From: Spirochaetota bacterium
GTDB lineage: Bacteria > Spirochaetota > UBA4802 > UBA5550
DNA: 64,000 bases
Direction of reading: 5' to 3'
Assembly: GCA_024276015.1 (NCBI GenBank)
Contig: JAJRXZ010000026.1
Location: 78,257 to 142,256, forward strand
In this document: positions 50,462 through 60,169 of the stretch, one piece after another
Numbering within the stretch: the stretch's first letter is position 1
Layout of the letters: each line of letters opens with the position of its first letter
Position numbers and translations under genes: made by a program
Notes under the pieces: generated by a model
The model's input: the letters and a program-made list of their open reading frames with translations, nothing else
Told to the model about the DNA's origin: nothing
Databases searched by the model: none

Positions 50462-50935
50462 ATGAAAAAAATAAAAATATCCGACATCAGCAAGGAATAT
50501 AAAAATACTGACTTATCTTCCAATATGGAAGATTATATTGAAGCAATAGCAATGCTTTCAGAGAGAAACCGAATAGTAAGAGTAAAAGACATTGCCGGCA
50601 AGCTGAATATAAAAATGCCCAGCGTAACTGCCGCATTGAGCAAACTAAAGGAAGTTAATCTGATCGAATATGAAAAATACGGTTTTATTGAACTCACAGG
50701 AGAGGGTAAACGTATTGCCGAAAGGATATGCCAGAGACATTTCTGCCTCAAAGACTTTTTTCAGATTATTTTACTTCTCAGCTCCGAAGAAGCGGAAGAT
50801 GTTGCCTGCAAGCTTGAACACGATATTTCACCTGAAGCATGCAGGCAGATCCACAAATTCCTCGATTTTTATAACACCGAAGAAAATCTCAACCGGGACT
50901 GGACTAAAAGATTGAAGAATATTCTCTCGCAATAA
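50462..50935 (+). CDS. DtxR/MntR-family metal-dependent transcriptional repressor
   Basis: 157 aa. N-terminal wHTH (EDYIEAIAMLSERNRIVRVKDIAGKLNIKMPSVTAALSKL) and a C-terminal metal-binding half with conserved H/E/C residues. Confidence 0.65.
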   Translation: MKKIKISDISKEYKNTDLSSNMEDYIEAIAMLSERNRIVRVKDIAGKLNIKMPSVTAALSKLKEVNLIEYEKYGFIELTGEGKRIAERICQRHFCLKDFFQIILLLSSEEAEDVACKLEHDISPEACRQIHKFLDFYNTEENLNRDWTKRLKNILSQ

Positions 50936-50967
50936 TACTTGATCCCGCGGCTAAAAAGCCATATCCT

Positions 50968-53037
50968 CTATTTATTCTTCTTATTTTTAAAATCCTCTAA
51001 TATCTTCTCCTGAAGAGACTTGCCGAGAGGAACATATTTATGGAACTCCATGGAATAGTTTGCTCTCCCGCTTGAAATACTTCTTAAATGTGTGGCATAT
51101 CCGAACATCTCCATAAGAGGAACAAAACCGTTAAGCTTCTGTGCTCCTTTTCTGTATCTTCTCATTGACTCTACTTTTCCTCTTCTCTTGTTCAGATCAC
51201 CAACTACATCGCCAATATAATCGTCCGGAGTATTTATCTCAATTTTCATTATCGGTTCAAGAAGAATAGGTTTTGCTTTCATGAATCCGTCTTTAAAACA
51301 GATAGAACCGCATGTTCTGAAAGCCATGTCCGATGAGTCAACAGGGTGGAAACTGCCGTCAAGAAGTACCACTTTAACATCAACTACCGGGAAATCCGTC
51401 AGTATCCCTTCTCCCATTGCAGATTCAATTCCCTTCCTGACAGAGGGTATATATTCCGAAGGTATATTCCCGCCTTTGATCTTGTCTACAAATTCAAAAC
51501 CTTTTCCGTCGTTAGGTTCAAGTCTCATTATAGTATGAGCGTACTGCCCCTTGCCGCCCGTCTGTTTGGAATACTTTAATTCGCACTCAACTTCGGTTGT
51601 AATAGTTTCTCTGAATGCAACGGAAGGCTATCCTACCTCAACGTCAACATTAAATTCATGTTTAAGCCTGTCAATTATGATCTCCAGATGCAGTTCTCCC
51701 ATACCTGAAATGATAGTTTCATTTGTTTCCTCATCATACCTTGTGTTGAAAGAGGGGTCTTCATTAGCCAGTTTTTTCAAAGCTATACCCATTTTCTCCT
51801 GCTCTTTTCGGGACGGCGGAGTCACCTTTAATTCAATAACCGTCGGCGGTATAAATATTGATTCAAGATAAAGGGGATTATCCCTGTCACAGAGTGTATC
51901 TCCGGTTTTTGTAAACTTCATTCCGATGAGGGCAACAATATCCCCGGGGCCGGCTTCATTAACTTCTTCCCTGTCTTTGGCGTGAATTTTCATTATTCGT
52001 CCGATCCTTTCCATCTTATTTTTAGTGGAATTATAAACCTGCATACCGCTTTTCAACAGACCCGAATAAATTCTGATAAATGTCTGCTGTCCCACATAAG
52101 GATCATTTATCAGTTTAAATGCAAGCGCGGCAAAAGGCTCGCCGGAAGAAGGGCTTCTCTTATGCGATTTTTCAGGATCATTGATATCTATCCCAACCAT
52201 AGCGCCTACATCGATGGGAGAAGGAAGGTAATCGATTATTGAATCCAAAAGCACCTGTATGCCTTTATTCTTATATGCCGAACCGCAGAAAACCGGAGTA
52301 ATTAACAATTTCAGAGTCGCATTTCTTGCAGCTTTTTTCAGCAGCTCAGCCGGAACTTCTTCTTCGTTAAGGTAGAGCTCCATAATATCCTCATCATAAT
52401 CTGCAAGCTTCTCAACAAGAAATGATCTTGCCTCATCACATTTTTCCGTATATTCGGCAGGTACATCCATTACCTGCCTCTCAAATTCATTGAAAATAAT
52501 TGCTTTCTTTTCAATTATATCTATGCTGCCCTGAAAATTGTCCTCAATACCGATAGGAATATGAAATGGTATCGGATTTGCATCAAGATATTTATCTATC
52601 TGATTTACCGCTTCATAAAAATCGGCTCCGATACGGTCCATTTTATTGATAAAGGCGATTCTGGGCACTTTATATCTGTCTGCCTGATTCCAGACTGTTT
52701 CGCTTTGAGGTTCAACTCCGGCAACAGCGCAGAATACGGCGATCATTCCGTCTATAACTCTCAGAGACCTTTCCACTTCAACTGTAAAATCGACATGCCC
52801 CGGAGTATCGATAATATTTATGGGATGACCATTCCATGAGCAGGTTATAGCTGCAGACGCAATAGTGATCCCCCTCTCCTGTTCCTGCTTCATAAAATCC
52901 ATTGTTGCCTGACCGTCATGTACCTCGCCAAGCTTTCTGGTAGTTCCGGTAAAAAAAAGCATCCTTTCGGTTACTGTTGTTTTTCCTGCATCAATATGAG
53001 CAGCAATACCAATATTTCTGACTTTTTGTAACGGCAT
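50968..53037 (-). pseudogene. fusA: Elongation factor G (fusA-like, possibly an EF-G2 paralog) interrupted by a single in-frame TAG at 51628..51630
   Basis: ORFs 51628..53037 (G-domain: [21 protein letters not shown]) and 50968..51528 are in the same frame. The read-through translation ...VDVEVG*PSVAFRET matches the conserved EF-G VGKPQVAYRET, so a Lys codon (AAG) is replaced by TAG. Combined length 690 codons, which equals the EF-G size. Confidence 0.6.
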
Positions 53038-53320
53038 TATAATTTAAACCCCTTTTATTATGATTAATAATGTTTGTTATTTGATCTTATTTTGTTTCAG
53101 CAGATTCTTAAACCGGCATGATTTAACTAAAACGATTATTTACAGATTATAATTCTCATCAAACTCTGGACCTCTCCTTAAACAAACAAAATGGCATGTT
53201 TAATAATATGGCTATTTTTGTCAATAACTTTTAATTTCAGATTTGAATTTAGCGAATTTTTTGCGATTTATAAAGAAGAGACCATAGTATTATCCGAATA
53301 TAATACTGTCGATATAAGGA

Positions 53321-53806
53321 CTAATTTATTATTTTAAGGAGATCAATCTGTATTTGTGCGCTGTATGCAAAACCTGACCCTGAATAATCTGTAATTATAC
53401 TCTTAAAGATTTCCTCTGCTTTCTTATTATAACCCATCTTGCTGTAACAGATGCCAATATTGTAATAGGCCTCAATACCCTCTTCGGAATTACTGAATTC
53501 CTCGAAAAGAGATCTGTAAACTTTGAGCGCCTTTTGATATTCAAAACGATTAAAGTAAATTTCGGCAATATTCTTAAAGGCTTCGTTCCTATGAGTACCG
53601 TGTATAAAGATCTCCAGGTATTCATTTAATTCTTCAATAGCTCTGTCATGCCTGTTTAATTTAATAAATCGAACACTATTTTCGTATTTCAGATCATCTG
53701 CTATCTTGTCAAGATTGATGTTTCCACTATTATCCCTGCCGGGCGCAAGTGTCGGTACTGCAACTATCCAGACAAAAATTATTATTTTAAGCATATACTT
53801 ATACAT
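53321..53806 (-). CDS. Secreted TPR-like protein
   Basis: 161 aa. Signal peptide (IIIFVWIVAVPTLAPG), two or three TPR-like helical pairs. Confidence 0.4.
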   Translation of the reverse strand: MYKYMLKIIIFVWIVAVPTLAPGRDNSGNINLDKIADDLKYENSVRFIKLNRHDRAIEELNEYLEIFIHGTHRNEAFKNIAEIYFNRFEYQKALKVYRSLFEEFSNSEEGIEAYYNIGICYSKMGYNKKAEEIFKSIITDYSGSGFAYSAQIQIDLLKIIN

Positions 53807-53980
53807 AAATTATATCCGAACATAAAAAAATAGTATATTCTAATTATCGTACATGATTTCTTTTCAATAAAGAAGAAAAAATATTGCATCACCATTCATT
53901 AAATCTTCATTATTATGATTAATATTTAATAATAAATAAAATTATTTTATTGAATAGCCTTATTTTATCGATAGTATAGT

Positions 53981-54631
53981 ATGATCAATTGTATGTATTC
54001 TAAAACCATGGAGGGGGAAATGAGCAGACTCTATGAACTTTTCGGCGTGGATTTTAAAAAAGGGGACTTAATATTCCAAGAGGGCGGCGAAGCCGATGCA
54101 TTATATATGATCCATAAAGGAAGCATTGAGATCTACAAACAATCGGGAGATATCAGGAAAAGACTTCAAATCCTCGGCGAAGGAGAATTTATAGGCGAAA
54201 TGGCTGTAATAGATTCGCTTCCAAGATCGGCCAATGCAGCGGCCCTTGAAGACTGTCAGTTAATCAGAATGGACAGAACATCTTTTAATAACAACATTCA
54301 GGAGAATCATCAGTTTTCAATCAGCGTAATTCAATTTCTCACAAAGCGGTTAAGAGACACAAATGATAAGGTAATAAGCATGTCAAAAGAGCTAAGATCA
54401 AAAAATATCCTTCTTGATCTGCTGAACGAATTCATAGCAAAAGGTAAAAAAGACAGATCCGGCAGATGGAGTCTCATTGAATATGATTCTCTCATTGCCG
54501 ATTATAGAGAAAAATACTCGCCGGATTACGGCATATTTTTAAACACCATAGATGGTTTCATCTCCGGCGGGATTTTTGAATTTAAAAAAGATACTCGGAA
54601 TAAAACATGGCTCGCCTATAAAATATATTAA
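53981..54631 (+). CDS. Cyclic-nucleotide-binding-domain protein (Crp/Fnr-like N-domain, non-canonical C-terminus)
   Basis: 216 aa. cNMP pocket GEFIGEMAVIDSLPRSANAAALEDCQLIRMDRTSF. The C-terminal 80 aa lack a recognisable Crp HTH. Confidence 0.55.
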   Translation: MINCMYSKTMEGEMSRLYELFGVDFKKGDLIFQEGGEADALYMIHKGSIEIYKQSGDIRKRLQILGEGEFIGEMAVIDSLPRSANAAALEDCQLIRMDRTSFNNNIQENHQFSISVIQFLTKRLRDTNDKVISMSKELRSKNILLDLLNEFIAKGKKDRSGRWSLIEYDSLIADYREKYSPDYGIFLNTIDGFISGGIFEFKKDTRNKTWLAYKIY

Positions 54632-55527
54632 ACCTTGCTCCATACACTTTCATATTTTTTTACATTATTTCTGCCTGCATCTTTAGCTCTGTAGAGAGCC
54701 ATATCCGCAAAGGAGAGCAGATCCTCCAGGTTAAGACTATCTTCAGGCGCTGAGGCAATGCCGCCGCTGATCGTAACCTTGATCTGACTTTCCCCTATAG
54801 ACATTCTTGATACTGCAAGCCTTATACGGTTAACTGCTAAAAGCCCGTGCTCTTTAACTGTTTCAGGCATTACGATCACGAACTCTTCGCCGCCTGTGCG
54901 TCCCGCATAATCAACGTCTCTGATCTCCTCTTTGCATTTCGCGGCAACATGCTTTAATACTATGTCGCCTGTCATATGGCCATAGGTATCATTTACATTC
55001 TTAAAATGGTCTATATCCAGCATTGCAATAGTAAGAATTTTTTTATATCTCCTTGCCCTGTTAAGGTCGTCTGCCAATCTCTCTTCCAGCTCGCGCCTGT
55101 TATATAATCCTGTGAGTTTGTCATATTTTATCAAATCCCCCAAAAGCTTGTATCTGTTGAGCCTTGCTCTTATTATTGCAAGAAGTTCTTCGGTTTTGAA
55201 CGGTTTTGTTATATAATCATCTGCTCCGGCTTCAAGCCCTTTGATTTTATCGTTAAATTCTGTTTTTACCGTCAGAAAAATAAAAGGGATAAGATTTAAT
55301 CTGTAATTATTCTGCATATAATTTCTTAATTCCATCCCACCCATTTCAGGCATAATTATATCGCTGATAATAAGATCCGGGACACTATTTTCCATTACTT
55401 TTATTGCTTCAATACCGTTCCTTGCAAGCAGAATATTATAGCCTTCATTTTCAAGTCCGGATCTGATATAATTGATCATCGAGGAACTGTCTTCTACTAT
55501 TAATATTTTTGCTTTTGGATCGCTCAT
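54628..55527 (-). CDS. Response regulator receiver fused to a GGDEF diguanylate cyclase (PleD/WspR-like)
   Basis: 299 aa. Receiver (KILIVEDSSSMINYI...DLIISDIIMPEMGG). GGDEF domain with an intact GGEEF active site and the upstream RxxD I-site region (RIRLAVSR). Confidence 0.8.
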   Translation of the reverse strand: MSDPKAKILIVEDSSSMINYIRSGLENEGYNILLARNGIEAIKVMENSVPDLIISDIIMPEMGGMELRNYMQNNYRLNLIPFIFLTVKTEFNDKIKGLEAGADDYITKPFKTEELLAIIRARLNRYKLLGDLIKYDKLTGLYNRRELEERLADDLNRARRYKKILTIAMLDIDHFKNVNDTYGHMTGDIVLKHVAAKCKEEIRDVDYAGRTGGEEFVIVMPETVKEHGLLAVNRIRLAVSRMSIGESQIKVTISGGIASAPEDSLNLEDLLSFADMALYRAKDAGRNNVKKYESVWSKV

Positions 55528-55738
55528 AACTCAAATTTCAGTATATCAATCTCTTATTAACCTGTAATAGATACATAAACAATTTTTTTTATTTAAAAAA
55601 TCAATCATAAAATTAAGAAAAAAATCCTAATAAAAGCGAGAACACGCCGCAACCTCAATACTAACAAATAAATAGAAAAAATTGAACAAAGTCAAAAAAA
55701 ATATTGCTCTGATTTTCGCAGTATTAAAATCGGATATA

Positions 55739-56884
55739 TCAATTAGAAGCTAAACTTTCAACAGATCTAATAACTGCCTCTGAAGCTTTTATTATTTCAT
55801 CCTCAGTTGTCATTCTGCCCGTAGAAAAACGCAATGTTCCCCTTGCCCACATTTCCGGCACACCCATAGCTTTCAATACATGTGAGATCTCCGCAGAACC
55901 TGAATGACATGCTGCTCCTGCCGAAGCGGCAACAGAAAGTCCCAGTTCCTCAATAAGCGTTACGGCTTCAATATTTCGAAATGAAATACTCAGCGTATTG
56001 GGCAGACATCTTTCAAGATTACCGTTCAATCTTATACCGCTCAAACTCCCGGAAATTTTCTCATATAAGAGATCTCTCATATATCTTATATGCGCTGTAT
56101 CCGGTTCAAAATTCTTCTCTGCCGTTTCACATGCCATGCCAAGGCCCGCAATACCGGCAATATTCTCTGTTCCCGCTCTCTGTCCCTTCTCCTGACCTGC
56201 CCCATGCATAAATTTTTCAAAGGGAGTTCCTTTTCTGATATAAAGAGCTCCGGTACCCTTCGGAGCATAAAGCTTATGCCCCGCAATCGTAAGAAGATCA
56301 ACGCCCAGTTCTTCAACATCTACGATTATTTTGCCAATTGATTGAGACGCATCAGTATGAAAGATGATATTGTTCCTGCGGGCAATATAGGCAATATCCT
56401 TTACCTGTTGTATAGAGCCTGTTTCGTTATTGGAATGCATTATTGTTATCAATATTGTCTGTTTCCCAATACTCTTTTTGATCTCGTCAGGGTCAATGAT
56501 CCCCTTCTGATCAACGGGCACCCGGGTTATCTTATATCCCTTCTCTTCCAGCGCACTGCATACTTCCAGAACGGAAGGATGTTCAATCTGAGATGTTATT
56601 ATATGATCCCCTTTCTCAGTTAAAGCTTCGGCAACGCCCTTAATTGCAAAATTATTCGCTTCCGTTCCTCCGCTGGTAAAAATAATTTCCCCGGCACTGC
56701 AGTTAATAAGCGAAGCAACCTGCCGACGCGACCTTTCAAGAGCTTTCTTCGGCTCTATTCCATACCAGTGATTACTGGAAGGATTGCCAAAATCCTTCTC
56801 AAGATATCTTTTCATTGCGGCAATCACTTTCGGATCAAGGGGTGTTGTTCCATTATAATCAAGGTATACCGGAAGTGGATTCAT
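55739..56884 (-). CDS. Cysteine desulfurase (NifS/IscS class V aminotransferase)
   Basis: 381 aa. PLP-lysine region SGHKLYAPKG and the catalytic Cys loop (AASAGAACHSG). Confidence 0.8.
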   Translation of the reverse strand: MNPLPVYLDYNGTTPLDPKVIAAMKRYLEKDFGNPSSNHWYGIEPKKALERSRRQVASLINCSAGEIIFTSGGTEANNFAIKGVAEALTEKGDHIITSQIEHPSVLEVCSALEEKGYKITRVPVDQKGIIDPDEIKKSIGKQTILITIMHSNNETGSIQQVKDIAYIARRNNIIFHTDASQSIGKIIVDVEELGVDLLTIAGHKLYAPKGTGALYIRKGTPFEKFMHGAGQEKGQRAGTENIAGIAGLGMACETAEKNFEPDTAHIRYMRDLLYEKISGSLSGIRLNGNLERCLPNTLSISFRNIEAVTLIEELGLSVAASAGAACHSGSAEISHVLKAMGVPEMWARGTLRFSTGRMTTEDEIIKASEAVIRSVESLASN

Positions 56885-56950
56885 TAATAATTCCTAAAAT
56901 TTTCGGGGAACGCCCTTATTTCAGGCATTCCCCACTTTTATTTTTTCAAA

Positions 56951-57361
56951 TCACGTATTTCTATACCCATATTTCTTTTCAACCAGTCTGATAACCTCGT
57001 CAACCTTCAGCCCCTTTTCAAGATTTTCGCGGATAAATTGTTTCTCTTCAACAGCACCTCTGGGCATATCGCACTTGCAAACAATAAGCTGTAATTCTCC
57101 GCAGCCTTCGCAGGCGCACCTGAACTCCTTTGCAACAATATTTATTTTTTCTTCAATTGAACCTGCTGATTCTGATTTGACAGGGAGAGCTTTCTCTTTC
57201 TCTGCCGGTTCCTTTGCATACTCTGTGGTTTCATAACTTCGATTATCGCTGCCGTCGTTTCTATTATCTATTGAAGAAACCCCGTAAAGTATTGAAAGCG
57301 CTAATAATATTATAGCAAATGCCAAAAAATTATTCGAATTCCTTTTTGTACTCATAAACAA
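56951..57361 (-). CDS. Signal-anchored Cys-rich small protein upstream of the cysteine desulfurase
   Basis: 136 aa. N-terminal TM (FLAFAIILLALSILYGV). C-terminal cluster CACEGCGELQLIVCKCDMPRG. Co-oriented with the cysteine desulfurase gene, 66-nt gap. Confidence 0.3.
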   Translation of the reverse strand: MFMSTKRNSNNFLAFAIILLALSILYGVSSIDNRNDGSDNRSYETTEYAKEPAEKEKALPVKSESAGSIEEKINIVAKEFRCACEGCGELQLIVCKCDMPRGAVEEKQFIRENLEKGLKVDEVIRLVEKKYGYRNT

Positions 57362-57533
57362 ACTCCGGTATTTTATTTACTGCTTCTATTTACAATAGTA
57401 TATAGATTTCATATATTATTCATTGTTACATTATATTTAGACGATTTCTTATCAAGAGGAAAAAGAACTTTTAAAAGATACCTCAAATTATATTAATTAT
57501 CCACCGATACTAATAATATACGCACGGACCCTA

Positions 57534-58838
57534 ATGTCAATTGTATTAACAGATATATTTAAAGATCAAAGAAAAAAAATGAATAAGAAGATTAAATTCA
57601 TATCCCCAAAAAACTTTATCTTTATATTCATACTATTGCTGTCATATCAAGAGGCCATTTTTTCCGCCGATATTATAAAATCTGAAAAAAATAATTCTAA
57701 AATAAATAAAAGCAATCCGGGAACTTCAAAAAGAAACGAAAAAAGCAAAAATAGTAAAAAAGATGATAAAAAGAAAGAATTAGAAAAAGAGAAAAAAAAA
57801 GCGGCATATATTGAAAAGACTCTGAATTACGGGCTGCAGAGTGAACGCAAGGAAGCAATAAACAAAATAAAACTGATAAAGAACAAAAAACTACAGCATA
57901 AACTTGTTAAAAAACTTATAGAAATAATTGAAACAGAAAATAATCCGGACATTCGAATAAAAGCAATCTATGCTGTGGGCGAACTCAATGCTTCCGAAGG
58001 TATAGAATCTATTACTAAAAATATCTATGATGAAGTGGAAGACGTGGCCATTGCCGCTGTTTATGCGCTGAAAAGATTGAATGCAATTTCTGCAAAAGAT
58101 AAACTGATCAATATGCTGAAGAAACAGGATTTCAGTAAAGATTCAAATTTAATTCTGGCACTGCTTGAAACTCTTGGAAAATTCAGAGCAAAAGAGATAA
58201 TCGCAATGGCAATTGAAAAGATAAAAGAGAATAAAACCAGCACTATGGCAAGGGAAGCACTTATAATATTTCTTGGAAGGCTGGAGTCTAATGAGCCTAA
58301 AAATTTCCTTATCAGCCTTTATAAGGATAGGGATGAAAATCTGCAAACAAGATCGTATGCAGTTAATTCCCTTGCGAACCTGGGGATCAGAGAAGCATCG
58401 GAAACAATTAAAGACGTATTGGAAGAGATCAACTCATATCCCTTTAAAAAACGAAAAAGATTTTACAATCTGAAGATCTATTCCATTGCAGCGCTGGCCA
58501 GGCTGGGCGATAAAGATGCCATTCCTGTTCTGATGAACTCCCTCAAAAGCGATAACGCCAAAGTAAGACTCATGGCAATTAAACTGATAAAAGAATTAAA
58601 GGATAAAAGAACAATTGACATTTTAAAATATAAAATCAAATATGATCCAAATCAGAAGGTGAGAAGAGAAGCGGAAAAGGTTCTGAAACTGATAGAAGAG
58701 GATGTTAGATCCGAAACCAAAGAGAAAACGAAAGAGAATAAAAACTCTCCGGAAAACAAAGCAACAGAAAAATCTGAAAAAAATCATACTGAGAAGAACA
58801 GGAACAAAAAATCAGATGCTGAAAAATCCACTCTATGA
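57534..58838 (+). CDS. Secreted Lys-rich HEAT/PBS-lyase-repeat protein
   Basis: 434 aa. Signal peptide. Lys-rich low-complexity N- and C-termini. Central repeated 'D(P/E)NxxVRxxAIxALG' HEAT-like units. Confidence 0.45.
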   Translation: MSIVLTDIFKDQRKKMNKKIKFISPKNFIFIFILLLSYQEAIFSADIIKSEKNNSKINKSNPGTSKRNEKSKNSKKDDKKKELEKEKKKAAYIEKTLNYGLQSERKEAINKIKLIKNKKLQHKLVKKLIEIIETENNPDIRIKAIYAVGELNASEGIESITKNIYDEVEDVAIAAVYALKRLNAISAKDKLINMLKKQDFSKDSNLILALLETLGKFRAKEIIAMAIEKIKENKTSTMAREALIIFLGRLESNEPKNFLISLYKDRDENLQTRSYAVNSLANLGIREASETIKDVLEEINSYPFKKRKRFYNLKIYSIAALARLGDKDAIPVLMNSLKSDNAKVRLMAIKLIKELKDKRTIDILKYKIKYDPNQKVRREAEKVLKLIEEDVRSETKEKTKENKNSPENKATEKSEKNHTEKNRNKKSDAEKSTL

Positions 58839-59232
58839 AAAAGAAAGATCATCGGAAAGGTATAAAGAACTTTTTACGCTGTCTCTATTCACTATAGCAA
58901 TTGCAATGATTTCCATAATTGTTATGGATCTGTTGATTTTCCCCATAAGCCTCTTTGCAATAAACAGAAAATCCCAATTTAATTATATTATTACGGACGT
59001 ACTCTTTATTATAGTAATTATTTTGCTTATTTTAGGACTTGCAAGGAAAGTATATAAGCTTCAGAAAGAGGGTTTCAGTTCAAAAACAATAATTAAATAC
59101 ATAGCTGTGAGCCCATTAAGGTTTTTAGCAACTTTTTTTATGATACTCATATCCTGTGCAGTAATAATTTTTATTTTATATATACTGTTAAGTTTTAACA
59201 GCCATAATCTCTATCTATTTTCGCAAAACTAA
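58816..59232 (+). CDS. Small polytopic membrane protein
   Basis: Start trimmed to the ATG at 58816. The longer ORF from 58702 overlaps the previous gene by 137 nt in another frame. About 138 aa with 3-4 hydrophobic helices. Confidence 0.3.
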   Translation: MLKNPLYEKERSSERYKELFTLSLFTIAIAMISIIVMDLLIFPISLFAINRKSQFNYIITDVLFIIVIILLILGLARKVYKLQKEGFSSKTIIKYIAVSPLRFLATFFMILISCAVIIFILYILLSFNSHNLYLFSQN

Positions 59233-59235
59233 AGA

Positions 59236-60168
59236 ATGGCACAAAAAAGTTTTGAAAAATATTTCCTCCATCTTCCTCAATTAGTGAGAGAAGAAAATTT
59301 TTATGAATTCTGGAAAAATTCGCTTATCGATCAAAAGAGGATATCGTTAAATCCCGAATTTACACAGGACAACAGAAAATCGGGAGACAGATTCTCAGTA
59401 TATAATGTTACATACAGGGGGTTTCTCAGAACAAAAATAACAGGAGAACTCTTTATCCCTGTTAAAAGTAAAAAACCCAGAGTTATTATCCATATTCACG
59501 ACTATAACAATATCAAACGCTTCAAACAGACATACCTTGACTCAACAGTTGCATACTTTTTTATAACTTTACGAGGACATAACGATCTTATTATAACAGA
59601 TGAACAGCAATCCACCCCCGGATTTATGATTGAACATATTCTTGATATTGAAACCTATTATGTAAAAGCCGTATACCTTGACGTATACAGAGCGGCAGAC
59701 GCTATGAGATTAAACCCTCTGTTAGACTGCAGTTCGATCGGTATGATGGGGAAAGGGCTTGGCGCTGCGGCAGCACTTTTTACCTCGGCATTTTCCAAAA
59801 GAGTAAAAGCCCTTGTTCTTGATACGCCCTCCTTCTGCTATCTTCAGATGAGTCAGAACCTGTCAACCAGCGATGCAGCAAACGAAATAAATGAATATGT
59901 ATCCACTGTAAGATCAAAAAAGAATCAGATCAAAAAAAATCTTTCCTACTTCGATATGCTGAACTTTACCGACAGAATTAAATGCCCGGTACTTGCAACA
60001 GTTGGGCTAAAGGATACAATATCTCCTCCCGAATGTATTTTTGCTCTTTTTAATCACCTCAAATGCGAAAAGACAATAGAAGTCTATCCGGACGATGGTC
60101 ATGATGCCGGAGGAAAACTGCAATTCAGAAAATCGATCAAATGGCTCATTGATCTGATCGCATACTAA
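59236..60168 (+). CDS. CE7-family acetyl-xylan-esterase/cephalosporin-C-deacetylase homolog with the nucleophile Ser replaced (GxSxG becomes GKGLG)
   Basis: 310 aa. Alignment from memory with the T. maritima CE7 esterase: N-terminal (EEKDFDEFW vs EENFYEFW), the block SSIGMMGKGLGAAAALFTSAFSKRVKALVLDTPSFCYL vs [37 protein letters not shown], and LSYFDMLNF. Catalytic Asp and His appear conserved. Confidence 0.55.
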   Translation: MAQKSFEKYFLHLPQLVREENFYEFWKNSLIDQKRISLNPEFTQDNRKSGDRFSVYNVTYRGFLRTKITGELFIPVKSKKPRVIIHIHDYNNIKRFKQTYLDSTVAYFFITLRGHNDLIITDEQQSTPGFMIEHILDIETYYVKAVYLDVYRAADAMRLNPLLDCSSIGMMGKGLGAAAALFTSAFSKRVKALVLDTPSFCYLQMSQNLSTSDAANEINEYVSTVRSKKNQIKKNLSYFDMLNFTDRIKCPVLATVGLKDTISPPECIFALFNHLKCEKTIEVYPDDGHDAGGKLQFRKSIKWLIDLIAY

Positions 60169-60169
60169 A

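Noticed and set aside
51628-51630. TAG reassigned as a sense codon (alternative genetic code)
   Set aside because: TAG clearly terminates sixA (22336..22338), atpD (31664..31666) and the hybrid kinase (26421..26423) at positions matching normal protein C-termini, so a global reassignment is unlikely. The fusA TAG is treated as a local lesion or sequencing error.
58702-58815. Long 5' extension of the small membrane protein ORF overlapping the HEAT-protein gene
   Set aside because: The 137-nt out-of-frame overlap with a well-supported gene. An internal ATG at 58816 is more plausible.
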